Assembly (NCBI GenBank): GCA_963830915.1
Contig: CAWHOE010000064.1
Coordinates: forward strand, 64,001-128,000
Direction of reading: 5' to 3'
DNA length: 64,000 nucleotides
DNA from: a candidate division FCPU426 bacterium
GTDB taxonomy: Bacteria; Oederibacteriota; Muellerivitia; Muellerivitales; Muellerivitaceae
The notes under the pieces: model-generated
The model's database searches: none
Told to the model about the DNA's origin: nothing
What the model saw: only the letters and a program-made list of their open reading frames with translations
Shown: positions 31,281-40,779 of the stretch, one piece after another
Layout of the letters: each line of letters opens with the position of its first letter
Position numbering within the stretch: position 1 is the first letter of the stretch
Program-made: the position numbers and the translations under genes

Positions 31281-32861
31281 CTATTTCTTGGCGTCCAACT
31301 TTTCCAGGAACAGATAACGGTCCCGGTGGTTGTCCGGCTTCACCTGGGGATCGGCGCTTAAATGCATCACTTGGTAATGGGTCTTCGCTTTATAGACCGG
31401 CCATTGGGGCAATCCGGGGCCGTTGGGGTCTCCCGTCTTGGCGAAGTTGGTCCAATAGGTCATCATCAGGTCGGACAGGGTTTGGTTTTCCGGCCTCCAG
31501 GGAAGCTTCTTGGACGCCAGGACCCCGAAAACGAACTCGATCTCGGAAGAATGGTAAGCGCCCGGCGATTCTTTCTTTCCTTCCGCCGGAGGCAAGGCCT
31601 GGTCGAACTCGTAACGGTAAACGGGTTTCTTGCCTGTGGCCCTCTGCGCCTCGATCCATTTCCAGGTGGAAAAGGCGATGAACTGGTCCCCCGCCCAATC
31701 CCCGACGGCCCGCTTGATCTCGGTCTCCGTTTCACCGCCATAGAGTCCCAGGAAAGCCTGGGCCTTGTCCCCGAAACGTTCCTTCGCCAATTTTTCCAGA
31801 TTTTCTTTCGTCGGCTCGCCCTTCAAGACCCAGGAATAGTTCCCCTCGTCAGCGTTCCAACCCGCCAGGAGCGGGACATGGCTTTGTTGACCAGCGCCGT
31901 AGATCTTATCCAAACCCTCAGGCAGGAATGTCCCGTCGATATCCGCCCCGAACTGGATGTGCCCCGGTTTCAGGCTGGCTTTCAGCAATTCATCGGCCGT
32001 TTTGGCCCTGAGTTCCTTCAGGCTCTTAGCGCCCAACGATCGCGCGAACTGGACGCCCTCCTCCTCGGCTTTTGCCAGGGGTTTTCCCTCGCGGTTGGCG
32101 CCGAACAGGGCCCCGCTCTCGCCGATGGCCCTCAGGAACAGCCCCTTCGCCAGGGGCGACCCCATGAGCGCGGAAACGGAGAAAGAACCAGCCGACTCCC
32201 CGAAGATGGTCACCTGACCCGGATCACCGCCGAAAGCGGCGATGTTCTGTTTCACCCACTTCAGGGCCGCAACCTGGTCCAATAGACCGTAGTTGCCCGA
32301 GGAACCGCCCGCTTCAGCGGTCAATTCCGGATGGGCCAGGAAGCCGAAGACACCCAGCCGATAGTTGAAACTGACCACCACAACGCCTTTGTGGGCCAGG
32401 TTCTCGCCGTTCTGCCGGGCCTCGGAAGTGCCTCCGGCGATCAGTCCCCCGCCGTAGATCCAAACCATGACCGGAAGTTTCTCGTCAGGTTTTTCCGCGG
32501 GCGTCCAGACGTTCAGGGTCAGGCAATCCTCGCTGGGGCCCGGGTCGTGGAAGATCATGTCATCCCAAATGTGCCCCTGCATGGGGCGGTGGCCGAACTG
32601 GGTGGCCTTCAGCACACCCTTCCAGTTGTCGGCAGGTTGGGGCGCTTTCCATCGAAGATCGCCCACGGGCGGCGCGGCGTAAGGGATGCCCAGGAAGATT
32701 CGGATCTTGGAATCCGCGCTGGTCTTGCCCTCAACGATTCCTTTGTCAGTTAATACTTTGTTTTCAGTCTTATCCGAAATAGCCACAGCGGTACCAGACG
32801 ACATCCACACCGAAGACAGTAAGACCACAAAAGTTAGCATTAATTGTTTCCACAGTTTCAT
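31281..32861 (-). CDS. Secreted type B carboxylesterase
   Basis: GIPYAAPP, SEDCLTLNVW, GESAG, AYHSSE. Confidence 0.95.
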   Translation of the reverse strand: MKLWKQLMLTFVVLLSSVWMSSGTAVAISDKTENKVLTDKGIVEGKTSADSKIRIFLGIPYAAPPVGDLRWKAPQPADNWKGVLKATQFGHRPMQGHIWDDMIFHDPGPSEDCLTLNVWTPAEKPDEKLPVMVWIYGGGLIAGGTSEARQNGENLAHKGVVVVSFNYRLGVFGFLAHPELTAEAGGSSGNYGLLDQVAALKWVKQNIAAFGGDPGQVTIFGESAGSFSVSALMGSPLAKGLFLRAIGESGALFGANREGKPLAKAEEEGVQFARSLGAKSLKELRAKTADELLKASLKPGHIQFGADIDGTFLPEGLDKIYGAGQQSHVPLLAGWNADEGNYSWVLKGEPTKENLEKLAKERFGDKAQAFLGLYGGETETEIKRAVGDWAGDQFIAFSTWKWIEAQRATGKKPVYRYEFDQALPPAEGKKESPGAYHSSEIEFVFGVLASKKLPWRPENQTLSDLMMTYWTNFAKTGDPNGPGLPQWPVYKAKTHYQVMHLSADPQVKPDNHRDRYLFLEKLDAKK

Positions 32862-32968
32862 AAGGACTCCTAAAGTTGGATCAAATGGGATTTCTTAAAC
32901 CCGTATTGTGGGCCGACTTAGTTTACTACCGTGGAATGTGGGGTGTTCGAACTAAAAATTACTAACTC

Positions 32969-33187
32969 AACTTTGGCAAATTCGAAAAGGTACGTCGCCT
33001 GCGACTATTCCCCCTTTGAAAAAGGGGAGAAGGGGGTATTAGGCGTTGGTGATGCGGTTTAAAAAGACTAACTCCCCCTTAGTCCCCCTCTTTCATGCTG
33101 TTCCTCATATGAAATTAAAATAATGAGAACAGTATAGTGCTTTAGCACAGAGGGGGAAATAGGACGACACCAAAAGTTGCCAAAGTT
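32969..33187 (+). repeat. REP-like element copy D with the 52-bp insert at 33096-33147
   Basis: Core homology; outer IR aactttggcaa/ttgccaaagtt. Confidence 0.9.
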
Positions 33188-33193
33188 AAATTA

Positions 33194-33676
33194 CTAAGAC
33201 TTATCTACTTTTTCATTCTCTTGTTCCCGCACGAATCCGATGTAATCGGTCGAAACGGGTGTCCCGCCCGCTTTCTTGATCAAGCTGGCGATCTGGCCGC
33301 GGTGGTAAGGTCCATGGGTCATCAATTGAGTCAATATGTCGGAAAGGAACGATTCATAACCCTCGCCTTTGAGATTTTTATAGGCGATCTTTCCGGATAA
33401 TTTTTCTTCCGTCAGGCCGGCGAAATAGCCATCGAATATCGCCTTGAGTTCCCCGTTCAATTTTCGGCACTCGGGTATGGTCAGCATCTTGTTCAGTTCG
33501 GGCGTGAACCCGATGGCCGTTAACCGGGACAACCATACGGATTTAGCCATCAGGATATGGCTTATCTTCTTCATGGCTTCTTCCGGGGGCTCAGGCATCG
33601 CCTCCAAGGCGGCCAAGACCTTTTCATTGGCCCAATGGTCGTATTCGAACACTTTTTTGAAATAAACGATATCCAT
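33194..33676 (-). CDS. DinB family protein
   Basis: YDHWAN, SH, HGPYHRGQ. Confidence 0.9.
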   Translation of the reverse strand: MDIVYFKKVFEYDHWANEKVLAALEAMPEPPEEAMKKISHILMAKSVWLSRLTAIGFTPELNKMLTIPECRKLNGELKAIFDGYFAGLTEEKLSGKIAYKNLKGEGYESFLSDILTQLMTHGPYHRGQIASLIKKAGGTPVSTDYIGFVREQENEKVDKS

Positions 33677-33784
33677 GCCGGCTCCTCCCTACTGCGAGTT
33701 TAGGAACCGAACTTAACACGATGCCCAGGCGAAAACCCAGAGGGCCTTGAATTTAATGAACTTTCTGGGTTTTGACTTCCTTCC

Positions 33785-33985
33785 CTATATCTTCATCATT
33801 TCAAAAACCTTATAAATCAACACAGCAGGCCATACCATCGCCTTCAGAACCCCTAGTGCCCCCATCCAGAAGCCTGTCGCCTGCTGGATGAAATAGACCG
33901 CCGCCCCGATGAAGCCCATCCCATAAATGGTCCCGTTGTGCATCCCGCCCCTCCCTTTGCAATGATGCTTTTCCTCGTTACCCAT
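33785..33985 (-). CDS. Small membrane protein (66 aa)
   Basis: RBS AAGGAG; YGMGFIGAAVYFIQQATGFW...LKAMVWP. Confidence 0.75.
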   Translation of the reverse strand: MGNEEKHHCKGRGGMHNGTIYGMGFIGAAVYFIQQATGFWMGALGVLKAMVWPAVLIYKVFEMMKI

Positions 33986-34343
33986 AACAACTCCTTTCAA
34001 GTTTCAGATCTCCCCCCAACCACCATCTATATTAGTCCCCCTGGGCCGGACCCTTGGTAAGAAGTCCATTAATTGTCGGGTGCGTTAGCATTTGTCCAGC
34101 GGCTGGACAAAATGGGTACCCCTTATTCCGTTGTTCTCCCAGTGTCCGCACCGGGCCTTAACATCTATGGCCCGGTACCATTAAACAAGTGTTTCGGCTT
34201 GAGGCCTCAACACAAATGCTGGCGGACAAACCCCTTCCGCCGGGCTGATTAGAATTTTTAATATTTATGACCTGCCGCCCGCCATTGGGGGATAATAGCT
34301 GGCAGGGGAGAAACGGGGAGAATCCAGTCCAAGGAAGTGCCCT

Positions 34344-34868
34344 ATGAGTATCCTCTGTTCGAATTGCCAAAAATTGATCGGTTGCGAGTCCTTCCATACC
34401 GACCCCGACCTTGGACCCACCCTTTGCCCCGAATGCGGCGACCAGTACATCGCTGAATATGGAGGGGTCTCCTTAAGCGAACACCTGGACCGTTTCGAGG
34501 AACCAATCATGGTCTTCAACGGGGATGTCCGGGTGGTGGCCTGTAATAGGCCGGCCCGCCGGACGGTGGAGATGTCCAATATCCGCCCCTATGGCTTGCT
34601 CAGCGGGGAATTTTTGGATTGCCGGAACGCCAGCCTGGGCGAGGGATGCGGGGAAACCCCTTACTGTTCCCAATGCGTCATCCGTAACTCCGTCAACCAA
34701 ACTCTTCAAACTGGAAAACCAGTGGAGAATGTTCCGGGACTTTTTACCGGCTCGGGCGAGAACGGCACTTGCACCTATCGGTGGAATATCTCCACCCGCA
34801 AGGTGGGGGAAACGGTGCATTTAAGCATCCATCAACCTGCCACAAAAAAAGCCTTTTCCTATAAATAA
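34344..34868 (+). CDS. Cys-rich zinc-finger plus PAS-like protein
   Basis: CSNC, CPEC, PAS-like segment with C..CGETPYCSQC. Confidence 0.75.
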   Translation: MSILCSNCQKLIGCESFHTDPDLGPTLCPECGDQYIAEYGGVSLSEHLDRFEEPIMVFNGDVRVVACNRPARRTVEMSNIRPYGLLSGEFLDCRNASLGEGCGETPYCSQCVIRNSVNQTLQTGKPVENVPGLFTGSGENGTCTYRWNISTRKVGETVHLSIHQPATKKAFSYK

Positions 34869-34950
34869 CTAAATAATCCAATATCCGGCCAGGCCTTTAC
34901 CGCCCCGCCCTAAACGGGCGGAGCGAGAAGGCGATGTTCTTTCAATACTA

Positions 34951-35544
34951 TTAATTACAGGTCGTATCCAATAGGATCGCCCTGGGAGCGCCGGAGGTAT
35001 TGATCGTGCCGGCGGGCATGGTCAAGGGAGGAATCCCATAGGTATAGGGTGCCTGGAAACTCCTGATAGCTTGGCTGCCCCCGGGAGCCATGCTGTCCGT
35101 ATTTTGATTCTCCACCGCCAGCCAATAGACTCCCGCCGAGAGTGACTGACCGGTTAATGACGCGACATTCCAGCTATTGGCCGTAGGTGAGGTAATAGCT
35201 CCGCCGTCCATGAAGGTATTGGGTGAACCGCCGCTATCGCTATAGACCATCAGGTCAATGTTCCCACTCACCGTCCCCCCCAGATAGATCGCCATATCCA
35301 GCGTCTTGGAGGCGACCGCCAAGGTGACCGCGTAGGCCTCGATATAACCGGAGCCCTGGCTGTAACCCGACCCAACCGTTACATAACCCAATTGTCCCCC
35401 GCAAACAGGCGTCGGCGGTTGGGTGATCGTGACTGTTACTGGCGCTGGACTGGTTGAATTACTGCTTCCACATCCCGTTAAGAAGGCGCTGACAGCCGTT
35501 ACACCAACGACCAGTCCAAAACAAACAACGATAAATTTGTTCAT
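34951..35544 (-). CDS. Lipoprotein, unknown function
   Basis: Lipobox LTGC, Pro/Thr linker; RBS GGGGGAG. Confidence 0.8.
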   Translation of the reverse strand: MNKFIVVCFGLVVGVTAVSAFLTGCGSSNSTSPAPVTVTITQPPTPVCGGQLGYVTVGSGYSQGSGYIEAYAVTLAVASKTLDMAIYLGGTVSGNIDLMVYSDSGGSPNTFMDGGAITSPTANSWNVASLTGQSLSAGVYWLAVENQNTDSMAPGGSQAIRSFQAPYTYGIPPLTMPAGTINTSGAPRAILLDTTCN

Positions 35545-35708
35545 ACTTCTCCCCCTTTTGATCCCGAGTGTTTTTCGGTCCTTCAAGACCGTTCCACCCG
35601 GGTCGCGACAATGACCAAGTGGTCATTTTCATTTTTGGGGAAGCAGGCACAATCCACTTTTAGTGTAATTCTTAAGTTACCGAACGTAACTGGACATTCC
35701 CTAGGGGT

Positions 35709-36710
35709 TCAGGCTCGCGTCCCTTTTTTCAACCGCTGGGAGGCTGGCAGATAAGGACGAAGCTCTTCCGGATGATTCCGCAGATATTCCAACAAGTACC
35801 GCCGGCGCTGGCGTTGAGGCCCGCCCTCGGACCGATAGGCTTCTGGCAGATCGGTCAAAAGATCCGGGTCCGTCTTCATCACCTTGTCGTAGAGGGTCTG
35901 CCAACGCTTCTTGACCGTCCAGGAGGAAACATGAAGGGACAGACCGATCTCCTCGTCCGTCTCGCCCAAGAGGGCGCGCCCCAGGACTTCCTTTTCGCTA
36001 GGCAGGAAAAAGAACCTGGGCGGGATGGCGTGGCAGCAAAAATAGGCCGCTCGGGTTCCAGGATGGTTAAGAGCCTCGGCGAATGTGGTACCCACCAGAT
36101 GGGGATGGATCTTGGCCGCGATCTTGGCCGGAAGGGCCGGGGTACCCAGGCATTCCCGGTAATCCCTCCGCAGGGTAAATCCGCTGTTGTCGAAGAGCTT
36201 CTTCCATTCCTGGCCGTAATACTGGTTCAAGAGTTCCTTGATCTGGTAACCCGCGTGGTATTGGACCGCCAGCATCTGGAGCATCTGGATGGCCCGGAAC
36301 ACATCCTCTTTCGACAAACGGGTGCCATCCAATCCGTAATGGATAATGGCCGCGTTCAGCCCTTCCCCGGCGTTGGCCCTAGCGATCTCTTCCCTTTCCA
36401 GGAAAGCCTTCTCCCCTTTCTTCCATTTCTCCATAAGTTGGAGGCCCAGGAAGGGCGGCAGATCCTTTCGGGCTTCTTTAACGAAACTGTCGGTAACGAA
36501 AACGGATAAACCGAATACCACCTGTCTTTTTCCCTTAGGGAGATCTCGGTCCTCAATGACTACCGTCACGCAGGACCCACTTTCCATCAGCGAACGCCAG
36601 AAACGCAGGGTTTCTTTTTTGGACGTCTCGTTATAAAGGACCCTTTCCGAAAGATTTTCGAAAGCGTTTTCAAGGTCGTTCAATTGAGCGGGACGATGGA
36701 TGAAATACAA
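35709..36710 (-). CDS. Putative regulator with C-terminal LuxR-like HTH
   Basis: GETDEEIGLSLHVSSWTVKKRWQTLY. Confidence 0.7.
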   Translation of the reverse strand: MYFIHRPAQLNDLENAFENLSERVLYNETSKKETLRFWRSLMESGSCVTVVIEDRDLPKGKRQVVFGLSVFVTDSFVKEARKDLPPFLGLQLMEKWKKGEKAFLEREEIARANAGEGLNAAIIHYGLDGTRLSKEDVFRAIQMLQMLAVQYHAGYQIKELLNQYYGQEWKKLFDNSGFTLRRDYRECLGTPALPAKIAAKIHPHLVGTTFAEALNHPGTRAAYFCCHAIPPRFFFLPSEKEVLGRALLGETDEEIGLSLHVSSWTVKKRWQTLYDKVMKTDPDLLTDLPEAYRSEGGPQRQRRRYLLEYLRNHPEELRPYLPASQRLKKGTRA

Positions 36711-36826
36711 ACTGATCCTCTTTTTCGGTCAAGTCATACAAACACAGGACAGAAGGTAACGAATGGAAAGGGGCATTGCTAGGGAGGAAACCAAATTAAA
36801 CCAGCTGTTCAACGCTTAAAATCACG

Positions 36827-39481
36827 CTACTTTTCATCCAAAACTTCCCTGACCTTGGCCGCCAGATCCTCAAAGGTGAAGGGCTTGCCGATGTAATGGA
36901 TGCCTTCGCCTAACACTCCCTTGCTGGTCAGCTCAGTGCCCGAATAACCCGACATGAAGAGGACTTTGGCGCGGGGTTGTATCTTCGCCAGTTCCTGGGT
37001 GAGCGCTTTGCCGCTCATCTTAGGCATGGCCACATCAGTGAGAAGCAGATGGATCTCCTCCTTGTACCGCTTGCACAGGTCGATAGCTTCCACCCCGTCC
37101 CCCGCGGTGAGGACCTTGTAACCGTCGTTTTCCAGGATGGTCTTTAGGATGTTCCGGATCGACGCCTCATCCTCGGCCAAAAGGATGGTCTCGGTCCCAA
37201 AGGAGAACTTTCCGGGTCTTTCCTTCTCCGGGGCCTTCGGAACCGCCGCCCCGATACGGGGCAGATAGATCTTAAAGGTCGTTCCTTTTTCAGGTTCACT
37301 TTCCACCGCGATGCTTCCCCCGCTTTGTTTGACGATGCCGTAGACGGTCGAAAGGCCCAGACCCGTTCCCTGTCCCACATCCTTGGTGGTGAAGAAGGGT
37401 TCGAATATCTTGGCTTTGACCTTTTCATCCATCCCCATGCCCGTATCCGTGACCGAAAGCATGACCCAGGCCCCGAACCCCATGGCCGGGTGTTCGGCGG
37501 CATTCTCCGTGTTATTCTCCAGGTTCGAAGTCGAAAGGGTAAGCTTGCCCCCTTTGGGCATGGCGTCCCTGGCGTTGACCACCAGGTTCATGAGCACCTG
37601 CTCGATCTGGCTGGGGTCGGCCAGGACCTGGGAAAGATCCAGCGCCAGCTTCAGTTCCAGTTCGATCTCAGCTCCCAGGACCTGCCGGAGCATGGTCTGG
37701 AAATCCGCGATGACCAGGTTCAGGTCCAATGGTACGGGCCTCAAGACCTGTTTACGGCCGAAAGCCAGTATTTGTTTGGTCAGGTTTGCCGCTCGCTTGG
37801 CCGCTTTCATGACCTCCGTCAGGTTCTCCTGTTGGGGATCCCCCAATTGGGTTTCCTTGAGCATCATTTCCGTATAGCCCATGATGACCACCAGCAGGTT
37901 ATTGAAGTCGTGGGCGATTCCTCCCGCCAGCCTGCCGATGGCTTCCATCTTTTGCGAAACCCGCAATTGTTCTTCCAGCGACTTTCGTTCCTCCTCCGCT
38001 TGTTTGCGGCTGGTGACATCCCTTCCATTGACCACGATCCCCCGGACCGCGGGGTTATCCAGCCAGTTGGTGACGTATATCTCGCAATCAATGGGCGTCC
38101 CATCCTTCCGGATGGCCTTTAATTCCCCGTAGATGGGTTTTCCCGGATTCGCCAGGGCCTCTCGAAAAGCGGGTTGGGACAACAGGACGTCCTCGGGCGG
38201 GTGATTATCGAATGTCGTTCCAAACCTTTCACCCGGCTTGAATCCCAGGACCCGCTTGACGCTGGGGCCCTCGTAGATCCTGCGGCCTTCCCTATCCATC
38301 AGGGTGATGATGTCATGAGAGTTCTCGATCAAGCCCCGGAACCTGGCCTCGGACAATCTCAGTGCTTCACCGGCTTTTTTGACCTCGGTGATGTCCCGGA
38401 AATACCACACCCGCCCGAAGTTCTTCCCGTCCCCGTCGATCATGGGGGCTGAGTAGCGTTCGAAGGTCCGGCCATCCTTGAGAAGTATCTCATCGTTGCT
38501 TTTCGCTTCGGGCGTTTCGTAGATCTCCTTGATTTTTCGCAGGAAGGACTCCCGGTCCGCTACCTGTTCCGCCGCCCAACCCAGGGTTTTCTCCCTGGAA
38601 TGAGTGTCCAGCAGGTCCTTTGGGATACCCCACATCTCGGGATACTTGTGGTTGTAGGACACGATCTGGCCGTTACTATCCACGATCAGGATGCCGTCCA
38701 GGGAAGTCTCCTGTTGGGTGGATAGGATGAGATGCTGGAAACGAAGATCTTTTTCCATCAGTTTCCGCGCTTCCAACTCCGCCCGCAATTGGGTTTGTTG
38801 GAGAAGGCTGTCCAGCGCGGTGGAGATCGCCTGCCCTATCTCGACCAGGAGCGCTTCTTCCTCCGCCTCGAAGGTCTGGGTTTCCCCCGCGTAGACCGTG
38901 AGGGCGCCGATCACCTTCCCATTCTGGCGGAAAGGGACCGCGGCGGAAGCCCGATACCCTCGTTGCAAGGCCCTCTCCCGCCAGGGGGCCATATGGGGAT
39001 CGGTCGCGATATCCTGGCAAAGATAACAACGTTCCTCTCGGATAGCCGTCCCTGTGGGACCCGCTCCCAGTTGCGGGTCCAGATACTCGATCTTGAGACC
39101 CACCAGGTAGCCCTGCTCCTCTCCCGCGAAAGCGGCGGGAATCACATGGTCGCTGATGGGATGGATCAATCCTATCCAAGCGAAACGGAACCGCCCATGT
39201 TCGACAGCGAGTCGACAGGTTTCCTGGAAGAGCGCTTCCCGGTCGGTAGCCTTGGCGAAGGTTTGGTTGAGTTTGCTGAGGGTGGCGTACAGGCGGTTCA
39301 GACGGATCAGCCGGGTTTCGGCCATTTCCCCTTTGGTGACATCCAATCCGATCCGGGGGCCGGTGATGCTTCCGGTGGTGGGCGCGGTAATTTCATCTGA
39401 GGAGAGGATACGATTCTTGGAACGGAACCCTGGCAGGTCCACCTGTTCAGCTTTTGAGGAGGGCTTCTTCGGCTTTTTCAT
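36827..39481 (-). CDS. Hybrid sensor kinase GAF-PAS-PAS-HisKA-HATPase-REC
   Basis: AGGIAHDFNN, NARDAM, PFFTTK, GTGLGL, LLTDVAMP. Confidence 0.95.
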   Translation of the reverse strand: MKKPKKPSSKAEQVDLPGFRSKNRILSSDEITAPTTGSITGPRIGLDVTKGEMAETRLIRLNRLYATLSKLNQTFAKATDREALFQETCRLAVEHGRFRFAWIGLIHPISDHVIPAAFAGEEQGYLVGLKIEYLDPQLGAGPTGTAIREERCYLCQDIATDPHMAPWRERALQRGYRASAAVPFRQNGKVIGALTVYAGETQTFEAEEEALLVEIGQAISTALDSLLQQTQLRAELEARKLMEKDLRFQHLILSTQQETSLDGILIVDSNGQIVSYNHKYPEMWGIPKDLLDTHSREKTLGWAAEQVADRESFLRKIKEIYETPEAKSNDEILLKDGRTFERYSAPMIDGDGKNFGRVWYFRDITEVKKAGEALRLSEARFRGLIENSHDIITLMDREGRRIYEGPSVKRVLGFKPGERFGTTFDNHPPEDVLLSQPAFREALANPGKPIYGELKAIRKDGTPIDCEIYVTNWLDNPAVRGIVVNGRDVTSRKQAEEERKSLEEQLRVSQKMEAIGRLAGGIAHDFNNLLVVIMGYTEMMLKETQLGDPQQENLTEVMKAAKRAANLTKQILAFGRKQVLRPVPLDLNLVIADFQTMLRQVLGAEIELELKLALDLSQVLADPSQIEQVLMNLVVNARDAMPKGGKLTLSTSNLENNTENAAEHPAMGFGAWVMLSVTDTGMGMDEKVKAKIFEPFFTTKDVGQGTGLGLSTVYGIVKQSGGSIAVESEPEKGTTFKIYLPRIGAAVPKAPEKERPGKFSFGTETILLAEDEASIRNILKTILENDGYKVLTAGDGVEAIDLCKRYKEEIHLLLTDVAMPKMSGKALTQELAKIQPRAKVLFMSGYSGTELTSKGVLGEGIHYIGKPFTFEDLAAKVREVLDEK

Positions 39482-39603
39482 AATGAGCCGCCCGCGATGA
39501 ACACGATATGATTTTTCAATTAACCCGATCGAACCGTATAACTCTAGGATATGCCAAATTTTGTCATTCGAAAAAGAATATTTTCATCCTCGAATTGGCT
39601 GTT

Positions 39604-40389
39604 TTACGTCATAACCTTCCAGGCCCCCATCACCAAGATCAGATAAACCAGCGAGTGGATCATTTCCCTCACGCCCAGACGCATGATGGGTAGGTCTGGT
39701 TTTCCTCCCATGACGCCGGCCAGGACCCGACCCAAGGCCCAGAGAGGCCCCAGCGCCATCCAGGGGTTGGCCCAGTAGACTGCCCCCACAAAAAGAGCGT
39801 GTAACAGTAAAGGTGCCGCCCCATCCTCCATCCTCAAGTCCAGACTCGAGTGTATGCCGTCCTTCATGAGCGCCACCCACTTCTGGCGGACCTTGATATA
39901 GAAGATCGCCAGGATGAAATAACCTCCGAACAATCCATAAAGCCAAAAAGCCTTGGACAAAGGAATGAGGGGTGAGCAAAGAGCCAGCACAGGCGCTAAT
40001 AAACAAATCCCCGCGAAACCCAGGACTTCCACTATCACCAATCTTAGGTTTCTTCGGATGACGGCGATACCGCAGATGAGAACGCCGATGGGCAGGCCGA
40101 GAAAAAGAACCAGGCTCAGAGCGGTCTGGGGAGCGTTCCGAAAGAAATAGAGGGTTGAAAAGGCCAGGGCCACAAGAAGGAGGATGGCGAAAACCAGGGC
40201 CTTGCGGGCTTTGGCCTGGTCGGCTTTGCGGTATTGGAGGAAGGTCAGGGTAGGCGCCCGAAGGACGAAACCTGAAAACCAGATCAGGGTAGCGGCCAAA
40301 GCGACGGGGTTCCATTGGTCCAGCCCGATCCATCCCGCGAAAAGGGAGACCAGCAGGGCGTTCCACGCGCCGTGTTCCTTAGGAAACAT
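39604..40389 (-). CDS. YwiC-like membrane protein
   Basis: N-terminal PKEHGAW, multiple TM, C-terminal LGVRE. Confidence 0.85.
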   Translation of the reverse strand: MFPKEHGAWNALLVSLFAGWIGLDQWNPVALAATLIWFSGFVLRAPTLTFLQYRKADQAKARKALVFAILLLVALAFSTLYFFRNAPQTALSLVLFLGLPIGVLICGIAVIRRNLRLVIVEVLGFAGICLLAPVLALCSPLIPLSKAFWLYGLFGGYFILAIFYIKVRQKWVALMKDGIHSSLDLRMEDGAAPLLLHALFVGAVYWANPWMALGPLWALGRVLAGVMGGKPDLPIMRLGVREMIHSLVYLILVMGAWKVMT

Positions 40390-40419
40390 AAGAACCTTTC
40401 ACAAAGAACAACTTCAATT

Positions 40420-40529
40420 AACCACAGATGAACACTGATAGACACAGATGGAAAAAAAGAAAGAATTATTGGAATTTCACATTTACAGACGTTTGCTTTA
40501 TCTGTGTTTATCCGTGTTCATCTGTGGCT
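40420..40529. repeat. Inverted-repeat element with CACAGAT units
   Basis: aaccacagatgaacactgatagacacagat ... atctgtgtttatccgtgttcatctgtggct. Confidence 0.8.
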
Positions 40530-40548
40530 AAATATTTATTAGGTCTTT

Positions 40549-40779
40549 TCAGTGTTCTTGGGGCGGTTGTTTGGGACGGGCGCGGTAAAGCGTGACGGCG
40601 AAGAAGCTGACGATCGTGATGGGCAGGAGAACCATGATCAGGTAGGCCAAGAAATATCCCCGGACCAATTGACCGCCGTTGATGCGTTTAAGCGCCTCGG
40701 CGCAAAGGGGACAGGCCCAGAGGGACTGGGTGGTGAGCCAGAGGGCGGCCGCTCCGAAAAAGGCGCGCGCCGTTCTCAT
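40549..40779 (-). CDS. Small exported CxxC membrane protein in the oxidase operon
   Basis: ATG overlaps the subunit III stop; signal peptide, ACPLC, one TM. Confidence 0.75.
   Translation of the reverse strand: MRTARAFFGAAALWLTTQSLWACPLCAEALKRINGGQLVRGYFLAYLIMVLLPITIVSFFAVTLYRARPKQPPQEH

Noticed and set aside
34080..34260. Group II intron remnant (starts GTGCG)
   Set aside because: No domain V-like sequence and no RT gene; kept only as a structured RNA candidate
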